This document shows positions 58,599 through 64,000 of a stretch of DNA of 64,000 nucleotides, in pieces. The position numbers and the translations under genes are program-made. The notes beneath the pieces were generated by a model that saw nothing but the letters and a program-made list of their open reading frames with translations, was not told the DNA's origin and did not search any database. Each line of letters starts with the position of its first letter. The first letter of the stretch is position 1. This stretch comes from Asterias rubens. Its lineage: Eukaryota. The DNA lies in NCBI RefSeq assembly GCF_902459465.1, contig NC_047065.1:5084001-5148000 (forward strand). The letters are read 5' to 3'.

Positions 58599-61500
58599 TC
58601 CCTGATTGCACTTGTCCAAGAGTTGTTGGATTGCCTCTGTGTCCCTCTCTCTCAACGAGTCTGAGAATTTCTCTCGCATACTATCCCTGACCTGTTCACA
58701 TTGAATAAATATTGACAGAGGTTCACTGTACGCAGGTTTTAGAAAGACGTATACTGTCCCTGATCTGATCACATTGTGAATAAACATTGACAGAGGTTCA
58801 CACTTAAGCTTTTTCAGATTTAAACTTCGGGGATAAAATTACTTCCTTCTCTTAAACTAGACTACTTCAAAAGGAGTAGATTCTAACAATTTTTTATAAA
58901 GTCAATGGCTCTTCAGTGCTCCCAAGTAAGCTTTTACTGTCAATAACTCGTAGAGTAGTCATCAAAAGCGAACCCTGCCTTAAGGCCGAGTCACACTGCA
59001 GCGATCACGATGCTAAGAGAACGCATTCTATTGGTTGAATTGCTCTACACAGAAAACGTACACGCTCATTCAACCAATAAAATGCATTCTCTTTGCTTTG
59101 TGATCGTTATCGTTTTTGTTATCGCTGCAGTGTGACTCGGCCTTTACACATCATTCTTCACATTCAGCACCTTTGACCTTTGCCCTTTCTCACCTGTCCA
59201 ACCTGTGTGTGCTCAAATGTCTGAAGCTGTCTCTGGAATCCAAAGTTAGGGTTGGCCACTTGCCTGGCCTGCTTGACTGCTTTGAGACAATCCCTCCAGC
59301 CATGGTCAGTCACGGTCATCAGGTACGCTACAGTCAGCGTTACACTCCTTGACACTCCAGCAATACTGTACCCAGAGAAAAAAAAACACATTCGTTGAGA
59401 GGGGGGTAAGGGATCATAAAACAAATATCAACAATAGTCCGATGTAATTTCAGTTTTGAAAGATTAGCCCCTTTCACATGAGAGCAATTTAGCAAGGGTC
59501 CCTTGCCAAATTGTAGCATGGTTGTAAGATTTTACAAAATGCACCTCGTGTGAAAGGACAATAATTTTTGGAGTGTCCAGGGTCCCTTGTCAAATCTTGT
59601 CCGACATTGCTACATTTTGTCAGAGGTCCGGACAAAATCTTACACTAGCGGAAGTTTTGACCAAGGACGTGGGCTTCATCATCGTGTGAAAGGAATCCTT
59701 GTTTATTGAACGACGTCCTAGGTGAAAATGCCCATACAGCGCGTGCTATTGTTGGTGCTATCTTGTCCAATCAAGATGATCAGGATTACCAATTCGTCAT
59801 ATCACTCTCATGTCGCACAAGGGTTGTTAGTTTTTTAACTTTGCAGTGGGAAAGCTCACAAAATCAGTCTCACATGGTGATAACAAATAAACAATCCAGG
59901 CTCGTAAAATTTGTAGCAAGGGACCCTGGCTACATTTTGGCAGTGTGAAAAGGGGTATTGTGTTAAAGCCTGGAATTATACGGAGGTCACAGAGGCCAAG
60001 GCCTTGTTGCCCTTGGTCTTGGCCTTGGTGCCCCTTTAAAAGTTTTCCATAGACTTTAAGATTCTCCTATATATATAGACGTGACCTCTGCAAAATGAAA
60101 GCGGTCTAGCCCTCTCAAAGATTATGATTCCGCAGGCCTGGAGTGGATTTCACAAAGAGTTAAGACTAGTGATCATCTCGAGTTAGGACGAGTTACTTGT
60201 TGTCCTTAACTTTAGGACTAGCCATAGGTTTGTAATATCTCCTGGGACTGGTCCTAACTCTTTGTGAAGTCGACCCCAGGTAACGTTAAGGCCTGGGGAG
60301 ACCATACAACAAATCAAAGAAACAGTTCTTTCTTTTCTAGGACATTACTTTTAGTACTACATACTACATTAGTTACATGTATGTCTTATCTACCAAGCAT
60401 CTCACCACAAGCTTTGGCTTTGGCTTACACGCTTGTTTAGGTTTTGTGTCTTGTACCGGTATAGCTGGATTTATGGGTATTTCTTCAATTCATTCTCTTC
60501 GTTTGTTATGAATTGTTCAGAAATCTTGGTGATGTACAAAAATGTGTTTTAAGAATTGAGAGGTACTTACCAGTGCACAAGTACGCAGCCCTGATTCACT
60601 CTGCAATTGTGGATGAATTCAGTGGATTTGTAGAAAAACTGAGAGCTAAAATTAAACACATATGTGTACCATTATAATTAATTAAGCAGATTTTTTTTTA
60701 AGCGTACTTTTTGAAGCGCTATAAAAAGCCAAGATCATGCTTCCCACTGTAGCAAAGTGATGAGGATGGTTGCTATGCAAACAATCAATACGTACAGTAT
60801 TTTCCAATTCACCGATCCATTAGGCTCTGCCCACAAGAACATGTGCGCCTCTCCCAAACCATTCTGCACAACTCTGCCGCGCATACCAAGCAAACACGCA
60901 CGCATGTCAGACCTTAATAATTTGTCAGACTTTTTGTTGCGCAATGGGTTGTGATTGGTCAATACGTAATGGGGCGGGGCTTAATGGATCGGTCTATTGT
61001 GTCTAAGAAAAGTGGCTTCACGTAAAGTAGAACCAGTTTTTGTTGGCCTGCTGCAACCCGTCCCAGCCCAGCAAAGTTCAGTAAGATAAAGGTCTCTTTT
61101 ACATAATTTGTACTTACATGTTTGCAGTAGGAGTATCTGCTGAGTTTAAGCAGAGGTACTCAATATGCTGAGGAAAGAAAACAAGAAACAACCCGTTTTT
61201 ATGGCAAAACAGCCAATCTCTACACTTGCTTTTTTCAAAGTATCATTTTCAAGTTAAATTGTTTTGCAACAGAAAGGGCGGCCTGGGACCTGTTGAAAAT
61301 GTTTGCGAAAACCTTTCTCTTTCCTTCATGAAGGTACTCTTTAGTAAGGGAAGATCTATTATACCCTCGCAGGATTATCAAGCATGGAATGCTTTACGAT
61401 CGTCTGAAAATTCTTACCGGGAGTTGTCCCTTAGGATGGTCGTGGATTGCCACGATGTGTGTGATGTTATGATTACGCAATGCCTCCTGATCTTTTGCAT

Positions 61501-62449
61501 CTGAAAAGAATCAGAACGTTTTGAATTGAATGTAAAGCGAGATATTTCTGATGGGTTGCAGGCCTGGTATAACACAGAGGTCACGGAGGGCATGGCCTCT
61601 GTTGCCCCTGGTCTTGGCCTTGTTGCCCCTCCATATTTTGGTTAATAACCTTAATCTGGTAAGCCTAATTATTGTTTTGCCTTGTTACTTGTTGTGCTTA
61701 AAGGCAGTGGACACTATTGGTAATTGTCAAAGTCTAGCCTTCACAGTTGGTGTATCTCAACATATGCATAAAATAACAATCCTGTGAAAATTTGAGCTCA
61801 ATCGGTCATCAAACTTGCGAGATAATCATGAAAGAAAAAACACCCTTGTCACACGCAGTTGTGTGCGTTCAGAGGGTTGATTTCGAGACCTCAAGTTCTA
61901 AATCTGAGGTCTCAAAATCAAATTCGTGGAAAATTACTTCTTTCTCGAAAACTATGGCACTTCAGAGGGAGCCGTTTCTCACAATGTTGTATACCATCAA
62001 CCTCTCCCTATTATACTCGTCACCAAGAAAGGTTTTATGCTAATCATTATTTTGAGTAATTACCAATAGTGTCCACTGCCTTTAAGCAAGTCTTTGAAAG
62101 TTTGGCCCTGGTGTTCTGATCAGCAACATGTTGGTTTAAGTCCAGCCCATAAAACACTTGTGTCCATAAAGCTAGACAGTTTTGGGATGTAAAGCTATCT
62201 ATAGGTCCCGTGTCTTGTGTAATAAAGAGAAGCCAGTGCATTTATTGTTAAGAGAAGGGGGTTTACCCAAGTGTTTTCTGGCATGGTCTGGCAGCAACAA
62301 GTTTGTTTTGTCATTAAATTTCCTGTTCAAGTCAATCTAGTCTGAGCTTTTTGTGTGAAGCAGGAATAGAGTCAGGAAACTACAACAAGAATCTTTCATA
62401 CAAGTTATTTCTTACCTCTGAAGTTTCCAACAAAAAGACCAGGAATAAT
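58515..62449 (-). CDS. DUSP22: Dual specificity phosphatase 22-like (JSP-1/DUSP15 group), 5'-partial; 6 exons, 196 aa seen
   Basis: Exons 62449-62416 (IIPGLFVGNFR), 61500-61418, 61167-61118 (YLCLNSADTPTAN), 60645-60571, 59365-59194 and 58691-58515. The signature VHCIAGVSRS spans an intron; ANPNFGFQRQL is present. The short first exon (MGNGM.K-type) was not found and is probably beyond 64000. Confidence 0.92.
58981..59146. mobile_element. TIR MITE (Harbinger-like GGC termini)
   Basis: taaggccgagtcacactgcagcgat ... atcgctgcagtgtgactcggcctt, with an internal inverted gcattctattggttgaat / attcaaccaataaaatgc. Confidence 0.75.
59467..59955. mobile_element. TIR element with subterminal agggtcccttg repeats
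   Basis: cccctttcacat ... gtgtgaaaagggg, with internal agcaagggtccctt / gcaagggaccct. Confidence 0.6.
61702..62081. mobile_element. Kolobok-like MITE family 1, full copy
   Basis: ttaa|aggcagtggacactattggtaattgtc ... attaccaatagtgtccactgcct|ttaa. Confidence 0.9.
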
Positions 62450-62829
62450 CTGCAAGTAAAAGATTCAGAAACATTACACCCTATGTCATTTTCTGAACTT
62501 TCAGCTCAGTGTCAACTTATTCTCTCAACACAAAATGTTCAGCTCTCTTCTTTAAAATGCGAGTTTCTTTATGACTTTGCTGTTCAGAATTGTCACTGTT
62601 GAGGCACTACTTTGTTCTTCAGCATATAGATTTGTTTATGAAGCCATAAAACTTTTAATAATAAAAATTTGGGCTTCCCAAGTTCGAATGCGCCCCAGAC
62701 TTGCACAGTTTATTACAATCCGATTAGCATTATAATTTACTCAATAAGCCTTTTGGAGGTATGGCAGACGTGATAGGAGTGTACTTTTTGGGTATATAAA
62801 GACAAATTTACCCAAACCTTTAGACCCAG

Positions 62830-62992
62830 TAACTGGGGCGCTGTACTCCTTTTTTTCGAAATTTTGACATTCTCGGTCGTTCTAGCTAGTTCGACCGAGA
62901 ATGTCAAAATTTCGAAAAAAAGGAGTACAGTACTAGCTAGTTCGACCGAGAATGTCAAAATTTCGAAAAAAAGGAGTACAGCGCCCCAGTTA
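62830..62992. repeat. Palindromic element with a 51-bp tandem duplication of its right arm
   Basis: The left arm taactggggcgctgtactcctttttttcgaaattttgacattctcggtcg is followed by ctagctagtt and the right arm twice, ending gcgccccagtta. Confidence 0.9.
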
Positions 62993-63029
62993 ATTACTAG
63001 GTCTAGATGATGTCCCACACACATTTAAT

Positions 63030-63300
63030 AATAATAATAACAATTACAATTCTTTAGCGCATTTCACAATAACCGTATCAATGCGCTTTACATATAACAT
63101 CCCTTTTTAATGTTTCTCAGCTTAATTCCTTGGGGGGTATACAGCCCTGAGCTGCCTGTAAGGCGCTTGTGGCGTTTTCATACACAATATCAACCTCTAC
63201 CCTCGCAGGTACCCATTTATACCCCTGGGTGAAGAGAAGCAATTATAGTAAAGTATAGGCTCCAGGACACAAGTGCCACCCGGGATTCGAACCCACACTC
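63030..63300 (-). mobile_element. tRNA-derived SINE (38196 family), truncated at the B-box
   Basis: caggtacccatttatacccctgggtgaagagaagcaattatag...gggattcgaacccacactc. Confidence 0.75.
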
Positions 63301-63304
63301 CGGC

Positions 63305-63650
63305 ACCATGCACTGTTTCTCGGAGGGGTCATTCTTACAAATACATGACACCATTCCCCAGGACAGGGGTCTACCAACAGTCATTCTTTCCCAATAGCAT
63401 TAGGATATGGAACAATCTCCCGGAAGACCTGATCAACTTCACAACTCTTGCTAGCTTTAAGCAGGGTGTACAGTCAGACCAGCTTCGCTAGGTCAGCCCG
63501 AGATGTTTTTAGCCGCACTCTACGTTCACTGTTCACCCACCTGCACTGTATATATCCACACCCTAGCATGCACACAACAACCACAGCACATAATAATACA
63601 CCAGGTGGTGGACTATACTTCTTCTACGGAAGAAGAAGAAACAGAAAGGG
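63305..63650 (+). mobile_element. CR1-type LINE 3' end
   Basis: RRGHSYKY..P..RT..YQQSFFPNSIRIWNNLP......TLASFK*, then a 3' UTR ending ctacggaagaagaagaa. Confidence 0.8.
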
Positions 63651-64000
63651 ACAGTATATTACCTCGCTCATTCCAGCCCCCATGCTTTTATGGGAGAAGT
63701 AGTCTGCTAATGAGCAGAACGGTTGTTTTTGGACACCAGGTGTGAGGTTTGTCAATGGAATTCCTAAGCAGCAACACAAGCAGCGAGAGACCATCAGTCA
63801 AATCAAGGTGATACAAACTGGCGTTCACAGATCATGGGCTATCTATAGCTCCTGTTTGGAGAATCCTTACAGGAAAATGAACATAATGTACCTGTCAAAA
63901 TAATATCACGTCATTGGTTTAGATAAAAAACAATGTTAAATACTAAAAAAAGTATGATATCATTAAAAGTAAAACTACCTTCCCCAGGTTTTAGCTGTTC

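Noticed and set aside
63870-63892. 21-nt AG/GT-bounded segment as DUSP22 exon 1
   Set aside because: It encodes no Met or MGNGM-like sequence; the true first exon is probably outside the window.

Overview
Eukaryotic, intron-rich, AT-rich invertebrate DNA. It is probably an echinoderm such as a sea star; this is inferred from the gene set and repeat landscape and was not verified. I reconstructed six protein-coding genes by reading splice sites and reading-frame phases by hand: (1) a 9-exon GPI-type alkaline phosphatase (minus, 4153-12712, 571 aa); (2) a single-exon GT31 beta-1,3-galactosyltransferase (plus, 14949-16517); (3) HSBP1 (minus, 21118-23670, 81 aa), absent from the ORF track, whose second intron is a textbook U12 AT-AC minor intron; (4) a single-exon secreted C-type lectin (plus, 27780-28292); (5) DHRS1 (minus, 8 exons, 37941-44566, 321 aa), head-to-head with (6) ADAT1 (plus, 9 exons, 46222-55276, 633 aa, with an internal 54-aa tandem repeat). 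A seventh gene, DUSP22-like (minus, 58515-62449), is partial, with its first exon probably outside the window. Introns and spacers are full of non-autonomous mobile elements: TTAA-flanked Kolobok-like MITEs, palindromic MITEs, tRNA-derived SINEs and 3' ends of L2/CR1/RTE/Vingi-like LINEs. Most notable are a dispersed ~170-nt element family carrying minimal hammerhead-ribozyme motifs (four loci), the AT-AC intron, and ~200-bp tandem duplications covering the C-terminal codons and 3' UTR of two unrelated genes. All coordinates were counted by eye; repeat boundaries are approximate.
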